Assembly: GCA_963699155.1 (NCBI GenBank)
Contig: OY969414.1
Location: 267,757 to 331,756, forward strand
DNA length: 64,000 bases
Origin: an uncultured Chlamydiales bacterium
GTDB taxonomy: Bacteria; Chlamydiota; Chlamydiia; Chlamydiales; JAAKFR01
Reading direction: 5' to 3'
Of this stretch, positions 1 through 8,903 are shown piece after piece. Within the stretch, counting starts at the first letter, position 1, and each line of letters starts with the position of its first letter. The position numbers and the translations under genes are program-made. The notes under the pieces were generated by a model, which was given only the letters and a program-made list of their open reading frames with translations, was not told the DNA's origin and did not search any database.

Positions 1-6
1 CGCCAT
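1..6 (-). CDS. Start of a gene running off the left edge (ATG GCG...), probably co-transcribed with the NHLP-like gene
   Basis: CAT at 4-6, with a Shine-Dalgarno-like AAGGGAG just upstream on the minus strand (ctccctt at 11-17); only two codons visible. Confidence 0.4.
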
Positions 7-68
7 GTTTCTCCCTTATTGATTCAGGCCGAAAGGATTATAACACTGGCTCCAATAAAGCTCAATTT

Positions 69-641
69 TTACCCTTTTTGGATCCAAAGGGACAAGGCAT
101 CGGCGGCCTTTTTGATTTCGGGAGTGAGCTGCTCCGAGGCTGAGATAAAGAGCAGAGGGAAAAAACCGATCAAATCTTTACTTGTTTTTGAATTGATCTC
201 AGTTAACTCGAGCTGACTGAGAAGGCTTTCATGAGTAATGTTCGGAAGCAGGAGATATTGCCGTTTGAGGTTTTGCGCGAGCAATTTCACAGAGAAATGG
301 GAAGGGAGTGGTGCTTTATACTCTTCGATCAAAACAGCTTTTGGATCTGCTCTCAGCTGCTTCAGAAATAGAGGATCCTTGAGGGCTCTCAAATTAATCT
401 GGAGCAAGGGATGTTTTGGATTTTTTTTCAGCTCCAACTCCAGATCAGCGATATTGTTCAGTTCAGGAAGAATGAAGTAGACTGTATTGGGCTCGGCCTC
501 CTCCACAATAAGGGAGGTGTTGTGAAAGAAATGGAGATCGCACTCCTCAGCCAAAACCTTTTTCGGGTCATTTTTGAGCCGCTCTCTAAATTTGGGGTTA
601 CGGGCCGCATGCACGAGCACATCTTTCACCGTTGTCGTCAT
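69..641 (-). CDS. Protein with two tandem nitrile-hydratase-leader-peptide (NHLP)-like domains
   Basis: HAARNPKFRERLKNDPKKVLAEE...IVEEAEPNTVYFILP and LRALKDPLFLKQLRADPKAVLIEEYKAPLP...QYLLLP both match the NHLP pattern (AWxDxxFxxxLxxxPKAxL...P...V.E.....YLVLP); AAGGAG RBS upstream. Confidence 0.7.
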   Translation of the reverse strand: MTTTVKDVLVHAARNPKFRERLKNDPKKVLAEECDLHFFHNTSLIVEEAEPNTVYFILPELNNIADLELELKKNPKHPLLQINLRALKDPLFLKQLRADPKAVLIEEYKAPLPSHFSVKLLAQNLKRQYLLLPNITHESLLSQLELTEINSKTSKDLIGFFPLLFISASEQLTPEIKKAADALSLWIQKG

Positions 642-701
642 CGTTTAGCTCCTTGGATCACCTTTCATATGGAGCAAAAGGAGAAAGATTTCTACTAATT
701 T

Positions 702-1691
702 TTAAAAGGTGTAGCGAAGCATCATGCTGGGGAAATACTCTTCTCTCTGCGTGATCTTACCTGCAAAGTCACAGTAGAGCTTCTCATTATAGGATTTCGC
801 AGCAAAGCCGGCGCCGGCAATTCCCCCAAAATACCAGCCCCCTTCCAAACTGAGCACAATCGCCCCAGCGGCTGTATGCCCATCAGCAATCAGTTTCGCT
901 CCGGCAGCGATAAAAAGAGTATTGATCAGAAGGGCTGTCACCGCTGTTTGCTTCAAACCGACATACCAGTAGCCGGCACCCGGGAGAACTGCATTTAACA
1001 CTTGCGCTTTTCGCACCGATTTAGCCCCCAAACGATAGCCAGTGACGATATTATTCAAGTAACCATATTGTTCAGGAAATTTTTCCGCATCGAGGCAAAG
1101 CGTATCGAAATCGGCTTGACGCACCGCTGAGAGGAGTGTCAACTTCTGCATCGCTGCGGGATCTTCGACCTCGAGAAGCTTGAGAATATGTTCAGCATGG
1201 CCAGGGCGTCCTAGCTGGTTATAGCTCTCATAGAGGATTACGAGCAGATCGCGCCATGCTGGGAAAGATCCATCGACTGTCAATAATTCGGTCGACTCGA
1301 CGGCGTAGACCACTTCCACATATTTCTGCCCCAAAAAGTAAGCCAAGGCGACCAGATACTCCAGCTCCAATCTCCTCTCTCGACGCACTTCAGGGATCAA
1401 ACAGAGCGCCCGCTTAAACTCTGTAATCGCACGATAGAGATCAAAATCGGCCGCAAACGCGAGCCCAATGCGATACTCTTTTCCCCAATCGCTCCCTTGC
1501 TCTTCTATCGTCAATGGCAGGAAGGGATTCACCGAAAAATCGGGTGGCAGCGACAAGAAGCAGCGCTTTTCCCTCTGCAGCTCTTTCGGATGGGGCGGCG
1601 CCACGACACAGGGCTCAATGACCGTCGGCACGCGAGCGCACGACGCCCCAAACGCCACTAACATCAAAAAGAGTACCCACCTTTTCCACAT
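702..1691 (-). CDS. TPR-containing putative lipoprotein with C-terminal membrane helices (TM2-like)
   Basis: Likely start MWKRWVLFLMLVAFGASC (lipobox-like); TPR-like DFDLYRAITEFKRAL; hydrophobic AVLPGAGYWYVG region. ORF track begins at 1748. Confidence 0.7.
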   Translation of the reverse strand: MWKRWVLFLMLVAFGASCARVPTVIEPCVVAPPHPKELQREKRCFLSLPPDFSVNPFLPLTIEEQGSDWGKEYRIGLAFAADFDLYRAITEFKRALCLIPEVRRERRLELEYLVALAYFLGQKYVEVVYAVESTELLTVDGSFPAWRDLLVILYESYNQLGRPGHAEHILKLLEVEDPAAMQKLTLLSAVRQADFDTLCLDAEKFPEQYGYLNNIVTGYRLGAKSVRKAQVLNAVLPGAGYWYVGLKQTAVTALLINTLFIAAGAKLIADGHTAAGAIVLSLEGGWYFGGIAGAGFAAKSYNEKLYCDFAGKITQREEYFPSMMLRYTF

Positions 1692-1767
1692 AGGACGGTA
1701 TTGTCTGCAAATAGGCAATTTATGGCAAACTCTTGCCAAATCAAACAATTTGGACTATCACTAAACC

Positions 1768-2181
1768 ATGGAAATCAAAAGAGCTGGCACACAACCCTCA
1801 GTCCCTGTCAAGGATGTGGAGAGAGGAGAGGAATATTTTACTGGCAAAGTCCGCTTCGATCCCCTTTTCCAAGCCAACTCACCCGCACGTGCAAACGGTC
1901 TCAGCGTCACTTTCGAGCCCGGTGCCCGTGCAGCATGGCACACCCACCCCCTCGGGCAGACCCTCATCGTCACTGCGGGCAGCGGCCTCATCCAACGCTG
2001 GGGCGAGGCGATCCAGCAAATCCGCCCTGGTGATGTCATCTGGATTCCCCCTGGCGAGAAGCACTGGCACGGCGCCTCTCCCACCACAGCCATGACCCAC
2101 ATCGCCATCCAAGAAGCCCTCGACGGCAAAGTGGTCGACTGGCTCGAAAAGGTCTCCGACGAACAGTACAATGCCACCTAA
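1768..2181 (+). CDS. Cupin-domain protein (small Mn-dependent hydroxynitrile lyase-like cupin family)
   Basis: [69 protein letters not shown] are typical of this family. Confidence 0.85.
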   Translation: MEIKRAGTQPSVPVKDVERGEEYFTGKVRFDPLFQANSPARANGLSVTFEPGARAAWHTHPLGQTLIVTAGSGLIQRWGEAIQQIRPGDVIWIPPGEKHWHGASPTTAMTHIAIQEALDGKVVDWLEKVSDEQYNAT

Positions 2182-2182
2182 A

Positions 2183-2422
2183 AACCTGAGTTTTGGGTTG
2201 ATTTCCCTCGCAATCAGAGGAGTTTTTCGAGATGAGCTTGGGTTTTTTTTGCGAAGTTCATAGCCGAAGGCGACAAGGTACCTCGAAAGAGCTCCAGCGG
2301 AGCTCTTACGATGGGTTGTCCGAGAGTGACGTAGTCCCGAGGGGATTATTAACGAGCAAAAAAACACAAGATCAGCCGAAAAAGTCCCTGAGTGTGAGGG
2401 AAATCAACTCAAAACTCAGGTT
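2183..2422. mobile_element. MITE-like element with terminal inverted repeats
   Basis: 27-bp TIR AACCTGAGTTTTG(G/A)GTTGATTTCCCTC with 1 mismatch, degenerate IR continuing ~40 bp inward; core shares GACAAGGTACCTC...GATGGGTTGTCCGAGAGT with the 53-54 kb repeat. Confidence 0.85.
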
Positions 2423-3038
2423 AAAATAGCTTATTGAGTTCGAGCCAGCTGATGGTAAAGCGCAAGTAGTCGACATAGGTCAGCTCGTGCACTTTGAGAG
2501 AAGATTCTTTGCAGAGGCGGGGCAGATCTTGTTTAAAGATCTGGAAGCGTTCGGCGATTTTGGACTCACCTGGGATTGAACTTTCTGAAAATTGATTCAG
2601 CCATTTGCGCACAGCGCCGATGAGCCTATCAGGCTGGTCTGAATGGGCTGAGATATCATGGCCGGCGAGATCGGAAAGAAATTTTTGATAGCGGAAGCTC
2701 TCTTTATCGAGCACGAGACAGGCTTTACTCTGCTGTTTGACCCCGCCATAGCTCTTCGCGCCGAGAAAAATCCCCAATTCCAATGGCATATTGAACCGGG
2801 GCAAGCCCGAAACAAAGCTCAATTCTGTTCGTGAGAGGTCGTGAATGCCAAAACGGCATTCTTGGATCAGGTCGATAATCTTCTGAAAGCGCACCTGGCC
2901 GCTATCGTTCAGCTCTTTGGCACATCTAGGTAAAAAGCCACAATCTAATGTGGCAAAGACAAGCGCATCAAATAATGGCTCATACTCTTTATCGTAAGGA
3001 CAGTTGAGAAAGACCTGCTTATCGAAGGGTTCAGCCAT
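2421..3038 (-). CDS. Hypothetical protein, TIR-like / nucleoside-deoxyribosyltransferase-like fold
   Basis: VFLNCPYD, IIDLIQECRFGIHDLSR and PRFNMPLELG recall the NDT/TIR-like Rossmannoid pattern (D-S...N..xELG). Confidence 0.55.
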   Translation of the reverse strand: MAEPFDKQVFLNCPYDKEYEPLFDALVFATLDCGFLPRCAKELNDSGQVRFQKIIDLIQECRFGIHDLSRTELSFVSGLPRFNMPLELGIFLGAKSYGGVKQQSKACLVLDKESFRYQKFLSDLAGHDISAHSDQPDRLIGAVRKWLNQFSESSIPGESKIAERFQIFKQDLPRLCKESSLKVHELTYVDYLRFTISWLELNKLF

Positions 3039-3180
3039 GACAGCGTTTGCTATAGGCCGCCTTAGCTGCCAACACCTTCTTCACTGCACGCCTCGCAGCC
3101 GTTAGACTCACCTTACCCTTGCCTCGCGAAAGTACTACTTTCGGCAGTAAAATCTCTCTCACAGCTTTTTTTCTTACCAT
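3031..3180 (-). CDS. Small basic protein, 49 aa (below the ORF-track cutoff)
   Basis: MVRKKAVREILLPKVVLSRGKGKVSLTAARRAVKKVLAAKAAYSKRCHG; GAGGTG RBS upstream; its stop overlaps the next start (ATGGCTGA). Confidence 0.6.
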   Translation of the reverse strand: MVRKKAVREILLPKVVLSRGKGKVSLTAARRAVKKVLAAKAAYSKRCHG

Positions 3181-3233
3181 GCTCACCTCTCAGAAAACTC
3201 TATTTTAACAGAAACTGGTTTTATTCGGGAGGA

Positions 3234-3398
3234 ATGAACCTATCCCACTGTTCAAAAAAATTGATTTTTGTAGGTTTTTTTCACAGATTTTAGAGTCGCT
3301 GCGCAGGACATACTTGAATAAGTAGGCCTGCGCAGCGACTCTAAAAGATGTGGAAAAAGAGTCAAAAAGCAAGTTTTTGAATAGTAGGATAGGTTCAT
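3234..3398. mobile_element. RPE/MITE-like palindromic element, 165 bp
   Basis: Outer IR ATGAACCTATCC.ACT.TTCAAAAA..TTG.TTTTTG; perfect 20-bp inner stem 3288-3307 / 3327-3346. Confidence 0.85.
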
Positions 3399-3400
3399 GG

Positions 3401-5821
3401 TTAATGCTTCATCTCGGCGGGGATGGGTGGACAGTACTGGCACTCGGGAGCTGTAGGTGGTCCACCTTCAAAGATTGAGCAGGGGTTAGCATCCCAGTTG
3501 TGCTGATAGCCCTCTTCATCGGTGAGTTTGATACCACCACAAGCGGAAGTGACTACTCGGGGACGAATAAAGAGGATGAGGTTGCGTTTTTGTCTCATCT
3601 CTACTGTGCGGCCAAAGAGCGAACCAATGCAGGGTAAGGTACCGAGGCAGGGAATGCCAGAATGGACATACTGCACTACATCCGATACATGCCCACTCAT
3701 GACCAAGAAGGTGCCATCAGGAACATGGACTCGCGTTGTTGTCAGAATTTTAGTGGTGACGGGTGTTAAATTTGTCGCTCCAGGCACTCCCACGACATTG
3801 GCTATACTTTGATTAATCTGCAGCGTCACCATGTTGTCAGGTGCGATGGTGGGAGTGATTTGAAGCCCAACACCGACATCTTCGTACTGGATATTTTGGG
3901 TCACCGATCCCGTTTGTTGGATCACCGTACTGGTTGTTTGATAGGGAATGTTTTCGCCCACAAAGAAATCAGCCGGCTGCCCATCCTCAACCATCAATTT
4001 GGGATTTAAGACGATCGTTGTATCTCCTTCCTCATCCAAAGCACTGATTAAAGCGCCGAGTGTGAGGAACGATTTTCCGTTATGGCGAATGATGTTTCCT
4101 AAGATGCCTAAGCTGAATGCCTCGACATCATTCACGATATCTGAAAATCCTGCAAGCTGCAGTGGAGTTGCTAAAGGGAATGGGAATGCGGCGTTACCTG
4201 GCGCAGGAAGACCGGGGGGAACTGTGGATGCAGCTGCATCGGCAAAGCCTTGGAGATTGGGGTTGGGTGGTACTGCACTCAAAAGGCCAGAGCCAAAATC
4301 GAGTTGGCCATTTTCTTGGCCGAGAGCGATCCACTGGACACCGAAATCGAGGGAGTTTTCGAGGGTGGTATCGAGAATGAGGACTTCGAGGTAGACCTGT
4401 TTGGGGAGGGTGTCGAGGACGTCGATGAGTTGGACCACTTTATTGATCGATTCGTCAGTGCCTGTGATGACGATCGAGTTGTTTACAGGGACCCACTGGA
4501 TGCTGAAGATGGTGTTGATAAATTCGGGATTGCCGACGCCGGTCATCTGCAGATTGGTGCCCATCTGGTGCAGCGAATCGGCGATATCATCCCCGCTCTG
4601 ATACTTGAGCTTGTACATGTAGAAGGTGTTATTGGCGAGCTCCATGATGGGTGGGGGCACGGGAATGATAGAGGTGATGCCAGAGACGTCGAGAGAGTTG
4701 AGAATAGAAAGTGCTTTTTCAATGATAAAGGGGGTGCCGACGATGAAGATGGTTGAGGAAGCAGCCTCAGGGGTGATGGAAAGGGTTGAGCCCTGAGCAA
4801 GGGGGTTCAAAATTTCACGAGCATACTCTGCAAGTGCGGATGGATCGGCATTTTGCACTTGATACTGTGCGACGCTGATGGCGAGATTGGGAGTATCAAG
4901 TGCAGTGAGGAGGTCGGAAATTTTGTGGACGTTGCCGGTGATGTCGGTGACGATCAGATGGCGGGTTTCGGGCGAGGCTTCTACAATCGCTTCGGGAGAG
5001 AGGAGCGGTTTTACGAGCGCTGCCATCCGGTTAGCATCGACATTGGCGAGCTGAAAGACGCGTGTGATAATCGCATTGCCACATGCTTCCTCAATATTGT
5101 CATCAGTGACGACGGTCGAGACTTTTGAGAGCTTTTGGTCACGGTAAATCAAGACATTGTTGCCCTGCTCAACAACCGAGAGGTTGTTCATTTTGAGCAC
5201 TTGGAGGAGTGCGGCCGAGAGATCTTCGACAGAGGTTTGATCTTCAGAAACGATCGTGATCGTAAGCGGACGGCCATCGGGACCTAGAAGATCGGCATTA
5301 TTGAAGATATAGTTGGTGTTGGAGATTTTGCTGATGAACTGGATCAGCTGCATCACCGAAACATCTTCGAAATTGATGGTATAACCATCGTGGACAGGTC
5401 CACAATTGGGTCTTTGATGTTTGATTTGGCGATGTTCAGGCAGATTGAATGGATGGGCAAACTCTCCGAGGTGGCGCGTCGGTTGCTGAGCATATTGTGA
5501 GGAGATGCCATCATCTTGCGTGGGTGGCGCAGAGATTGGCATGTTAGGTGCTTGATATCCTTGTAGAGGCGCCTGTGGGGGAGGTTGTTGGCCCAAAGCA
5601 GGCGCAGGTGGGCCCATCAAAGGAGATTGAGTTTCTGGGGCCAGAGGTGGTGGTTGACAACCTTGTGAGCAGTCGGCGATCAATCCTTCGTCAAGATGAA
5701 CGTGGGCCAGTTCGCGGATGATCGCTTCCGGAGTTGATTCTTCAGCAAATCCAAGTCGTGACAAAACCAAGAGAATGGCCGTAACAGATGTGCGCATAAT
5801 ACAGGTTTTAGGTGCCATCAT
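3401..5821 (-). CDS. sctC: T3SS outer membrane secretin CdsC/SctC
   Basis: Secretin N domains, QVYLEVLIL...DFGVQW, HSGIPCLGTLPCIGSLF, RNLILFIRPRVV; last gene of the chlamydial CT663-674 cluster; start may be 5797. Confidence 0.93.
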   Translation of the reverse strand: MMAPKTCIMRTSVTAILLVLSRLGFAEESTPEAIIRELAHVHLDEGLIADCSQGCQPPPLAPETQSPLMGPPAPALGQQPPPQAPLQGYQAPNMPISAPPTQDDGISSQYAQQPTRHLGEFAHPFNLPEHRQIKHQRPNCGPVHDGYTINFEDVSVMQLIQFISKISNTNYIFNNADLLGPDGRPLTITIVSEDQTSVEDLSAALLQVLKMNNLSVVEQGNNVLIYRDQKLSKVSTVVTDDNIEEACGNAIITRVFQLANVDANRMAALVKPLLSPEAIVEASPETRHLIVTDITGNVHKISDLLTALDTPNLAISVAQYQVQNADPSALAEYAREILNPLAQGSTLSITPEAASSTIFIVGTPFIIEKALSILNSLDVSGITSIIPVPPPIMELANNTFYMYKLKYQSGDDIADSLHQMGTNLQMTGVGNPEFINTIFSIQWVPVNNSIVITGTDESINKVVQLIDVLDTLPKQVYLEVLILDTTLENSLDFGVQWIALGQENGQLDFGSGLLSAVPPNPNLQGFADAAASTVPPGLPAPGNAAFPFPLATPLQLAGFSDIVNDVEAFSLGILGNIIRHNGKSFLTLGALISALDEEGDTTIVLNPKLMVEDGQPADFFVGENIPYQTTSTVIQQTGSVTQNIQYEDVGVGLQITPTIAPDNMVTLQINQSIANVVGVPGATNLTPVTTKILTTTRVHVPDGTFLVMSGHVSDVVQYVHSGIPCLGTLPCIGSLFGRTVEMRQKRNLILFIRPRVVTSACGGIKLTDEEGYQHNWDANPCSIFEGGPPTAPECQYCPPIPAEMKH

Positions 5822-5914
5822 TTGTGATTATAATCAGCCCTCTGGTATTGGTATATCCAAAATCTTTTTTTTGACACATCAAATCACATCGATATTTCAT
5901 TTTGAGTAATATTC

Positions 5915-7471
5915 TCAAGCGATTCTCTCCATGCCGATAACGGCCACAGGACGTTCGAAAAATGCACGTCCCTCTTTTTGTGAGACTTTTCTAAAGATCG
6001 TCTCCACTTGCTTCGGAATGGCAAGAAAAATATTCTCATTCAACGCCTCTAAAAATTGCGTCTCATCTTGTTCAATCTCTTCGACATGTTTCGCGCGCCC
6101 TGCTTGGAAAGTATGCATAAGAAGGGTATCGCCGATGTCGAATTTGGAATCCACCTCGAAGATATCAACAGCCACTGAGCTTCCGAGAAGCGCATTGTCA
6201 GCAGAGAGTCTTCGTGGCGATTCGGAGCCCTGAGGGATATACCAGAGTGGTGTATAGCCGCAGGAAATGTAGGAGAAACGTTCGATCACCGGATAAAGAG
6301 TGAGTAAACTGAATGAAAAGACCTCACCCATTCCCGCATCGATGACACGCGCATTCAGATGTTTGACAAAATCGACAGGTCTCTCAATTTCTGGAGCCAA
6401 AGCCCGCACCATTCCCTTGAGAATGGCGATGTGGAGCATCCCTTCGACCCCTGTGGTTAACGACTCTCCGATCACGATGTTGAAGACATTGTCTTTCTGT
6501 TGGAAAAAATCATAATACAACGAAGAGACGGCCGTATTGCAGTTGGAGGCGATCGACAGATCAAGACGGGGCCATTTGGGCGCTTCTTTCGGGGTGAGCA
6601 CCCCTTGGGCCTCACGCAGACTTTCACTAAATTCGCCTAAATAATCGCTTCCTCTACGATCACGCTTCATCTCATCCGAAGAGATATAATTATTGAGCGT
6701 TTTGATGAAATCGACAATATCTTCGTAACGATCTTCTGGTTTGGGCTGAAGGGATTTCGCTAAAATTTTTTGTAGCCCACGAGGAACTTCAGAAATGTGA
6801 ATTGTTCCATGAGAAAGACGGCCCGTAACCAGCTCGTAAGTGATCACACCCAAGGCATAAATATCTGTCGAGAAGCTGACCTGGGTAGGATCCGCCCTCT
6901 GCTCTGGCGGCATATAAAAAGGTGTGCCCATAAACTTCTTGGGCGCTCCTCTCTCGGTAAAGATTTGGGAAATGCCAAAATCGATCACCTTGACCCCGCC
7001 CTGTGCTGTGAGGAGGATATTTTCCGGCTTAAGGTCACGGTGAATGATGCCATGAGCATGGAGGTGAGTGAGCGCATGGGCAATCTGTAAAATCACTTCT
7101 AAAGACCGCTTGAGCGACATCGCCTCTTGCAGAATCATCTGTCTGAGGGAAATGCCCTGGATGAATTCCATCGCAATGTAGACACCACCTGCCCATTTTC
7201 CATGTCCATACAGTTTGACAATATTGGGATGGTTGGTCAGCTCGATGATCTCGGCCTCTCTCAGAAAATGGTCGACCATTTCGGGATTGGAGATATATTT
7301 TGGCTGGAGCACTTTAATGGCGATGGGTTCATGAGTGTCAGGAAGTATGCCCAAATAGAGGAGGCTCATGCCACCTTTATTGAGGAGACTTTCAATCTTG
7401 TAGTTGCCAATTTTTTTCGGCAACGTACCCTCTTTCGCTGAGCTCTCTTTTCTTGCGATCCGCATTGTCAT
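5915..7471 (-). CDS. pkn5: T3SS-linked Ser/Thr kinase Pkn5 with C-terminal PP2C/SpoIIE-like region
   Basis: IAIKVL, HRDLKPENILL, DFG, GTPFYMPPEQ; position between cdsQ and cdsC as CT673. Confidence 0.9.
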   Translation of the reverse strand: MTMRIARKESSAKEGTLPKKIGNYKIESLLNKGGMSLLYLGILPDTHEPIAIKVLQPKYISNPEMVDHFLREAEIIELTNHPNIVKLYGHGKWAGGVYIAMEFIQGISLRQMILQEAMSLKRSLEVILQIAHALTHLHAHGIIHRDLKPENILLTAQGGVKVIDFGISQIFTERGAPKKFMGTPFYMPPEQRADPTQVSFSTDIYALGVITYELVTGRLSHGTIHISEVPRGLQKILAKSLQPKPEDRYEDIVDFIKTLNNYISSDEMKRDRRGSDYLGEFSESLREAQGVLTPKEAPKWPRLDLSIASNCNTAVSSLYYDFFQQKDNVFNIVIGESLTTGVEGMLHIAILKGMVRALAPEIERPVDFVKHLNARVIDAGMGEVFSFSLLTLYPVIERFSYISCGYTPLWYIPQGSESPRRLSADNALLGSSVAVDIFEVDSKFDIGDTLLMHTFQAGRAKHVEEIEQDETQFLEALNENIFLAIPKQVETIFRKVSQKEGRAFFERPVAVIGMERIA

Positions 7472-8733
7472 AGCGATAAAATACGGACTCCTAGCAAATC
7501 ACCCATCCGAATAAGTTCCCCTCGCCCTACTTTTTTCCCGTTGAGGACAAGATCGACACCTTGCTCAGGAGCTACATGGAGGTCCAACAGATTACCTGGA
7601 GCGAGTTTCATCAATTCCGCTGCTGTCATTTTGAGCCTTCCTACTTCGACAGTGAGCTGCACCGGCAGCTGTTCTGGAGTGATTGCAGGGGCTTGACCTG
7701 TTTCTTTAGTTTCATCTTCCTCATCGAGCGTGCCAAAGAGCTCCTCATCTCTTTCGCCAGAAGCTTCAATATCAGCTAGGTCGCCGTAAAGATTCTCCTC
7801 TTCGCCATGCTCTGAATTGTCTGATCTCTGGGTTGGCTCATCTTCCCACATTTCTCTTACCTCTTCATAAATCGGATATTGGGTGATTTTGATCGACCCC
7901 TCTTTCAGCCGCCCTCGTAGAATAGGTTTCTGCTGCAAAGTCAAAACGACAGACCCTTTATGCTCTGTCGGATCATAAGAACAGTGATCGAGAATGACAA
8001 AGTCTCCCGTTTTCGCGCTCTGCCACTCCTCAAAACGAAGCCGGCTATGTCCCACTTCTAACCCGATGTCGACGAGAATTTGGTGACGCAACGCTTCCGG
8101 CAACTCAGAAGGAGCTCTTTGCGCAAAGTAGCTTTTCCATTCCATTCGGAAACTTTCGGGAAGAAGCAAACGCCCCCATAAATGACGCTGATCGATCTGC
8201 AGAGAGAGATCGATAGCAAAAGAGGACTCTTCACCCATTTTTTTTCTTAAATTTTCTGTCAAAGGACCCAATCTAGGGCTGAGAGGCTCCATAAAAGAGT
8301 GCTTAGTCAAAAGACGCAAAAGCTCTGCCCCAAAGTAGCTATAAAAACCATCGACGAGATCAGCTTCATAAAAATTGGGCGCCTCATCTTGTGTAACAAA
8401 AAGAGCTGCCATCAGCTCTTTCACCGTTAACTCGCTAGCGATAAAATAACAGGGAGCAGGGAGAGGTGCGCATTCGATCGTCAAAGGAACTATCGGCTCA
8501 CCTAAACCGGAAAAAAGCTGCCCCGCCGTAATCCATCCCTTTGTCTCATGCGTCAGAACCAGTTGTGGCTTGTTAAAGAGATGCCGCAGCCCCTCTTCAA
8601 ACTCTTTCCAGTTGAAGGGTGCAGGAAGACCAAATTGAGGCTTTTCATCGAGCTCTCGTAACTGAGCATCAACTTGCTTGATCCAATCGAGCGGTTGCGT
8701 CGAAGTCATAAATCGCACTATATCGAAGTGCAC
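7468..8733 (-). CDS. sctQ: T3SS C-ring protein CdsQ/SctQ (FliM/FliN-like SPOA domains)
   Basis: C-terminal LPVQLTVEVGRLKMTAAELMKLAPGNLLDL...GRGELIRMGDLLGVRIL; real start possibly 8709. Confidence 0.92.
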   Translation of the reverse strand: MHFDIVRFMTSTQPLDWIKQVDAQLRELDEKPQFGLPAPFNWKEFEEGLRHLFNKPQLVLTHETKGWITAGQLFSGLGEPIVPLTIECAPLPAPCYFIASELTVKELMAALFVTQDEAPNFYEADLVDGFYSYFGAELLRLLTKHSFMEPLSPRLGPLTENLRKKMGEESSFAIDLSLQIDQRHLWGRLLLPESFRMEWKSYFAQRAPSELPEALRHQILVDIGLEVGHSRLRFEEWQSAKTGDFVILDHCSYDPTEHKGSVVLTLQQKPILRGRLKEGSIKITQYPIYEEVREMWEDEPTQRSDNSEHGEEENLYGDLADIEASGERDEELFGTLDEEDETKETGQAPAITPEQLPVQLTVEVGRLKMTAAELMKLAPGNLLDLHVAPEQGVDLVLNGKKVGRGELIRMGDLLGVRILSL

Positions 8734-8903
8734 CTATTTCGTACATTTCAATCTCACACCTATGCCAGAACGCATAAAGACAATGTAAAGGCGCTCCTAA
8801 AGATATTGTAAAGAGGAACCAACTTGAGTAGGTGATCAGAAAGTGGAGGTAAGGGCTAAGACCGATTTCGTCCACAAATTGAGTTGCCGTTTTCTGTATG
8901 GCA

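Noticed and set aside
1723-1738. TGGCAAACTCTTGCCA as a sigma54 promoter
   Set aside because: GG-to-GC spacing is 9, not the required 10; it remains only a short palindrome
69-2181. Nitrile-metabolism cluster (NHLP domain plus hydroxynitrile-lyase-like cupin)
   Set aside because: The NHLP repeats lack the nitrile hydratase CxxCSC metal site and the genes are divergent with an unrelated gene between them; likely coincidence
2232-3443. ORFs 2232-2429 and 3252-3443
   Set aside because: They are open frames within MITE sequences with no RBS or family support
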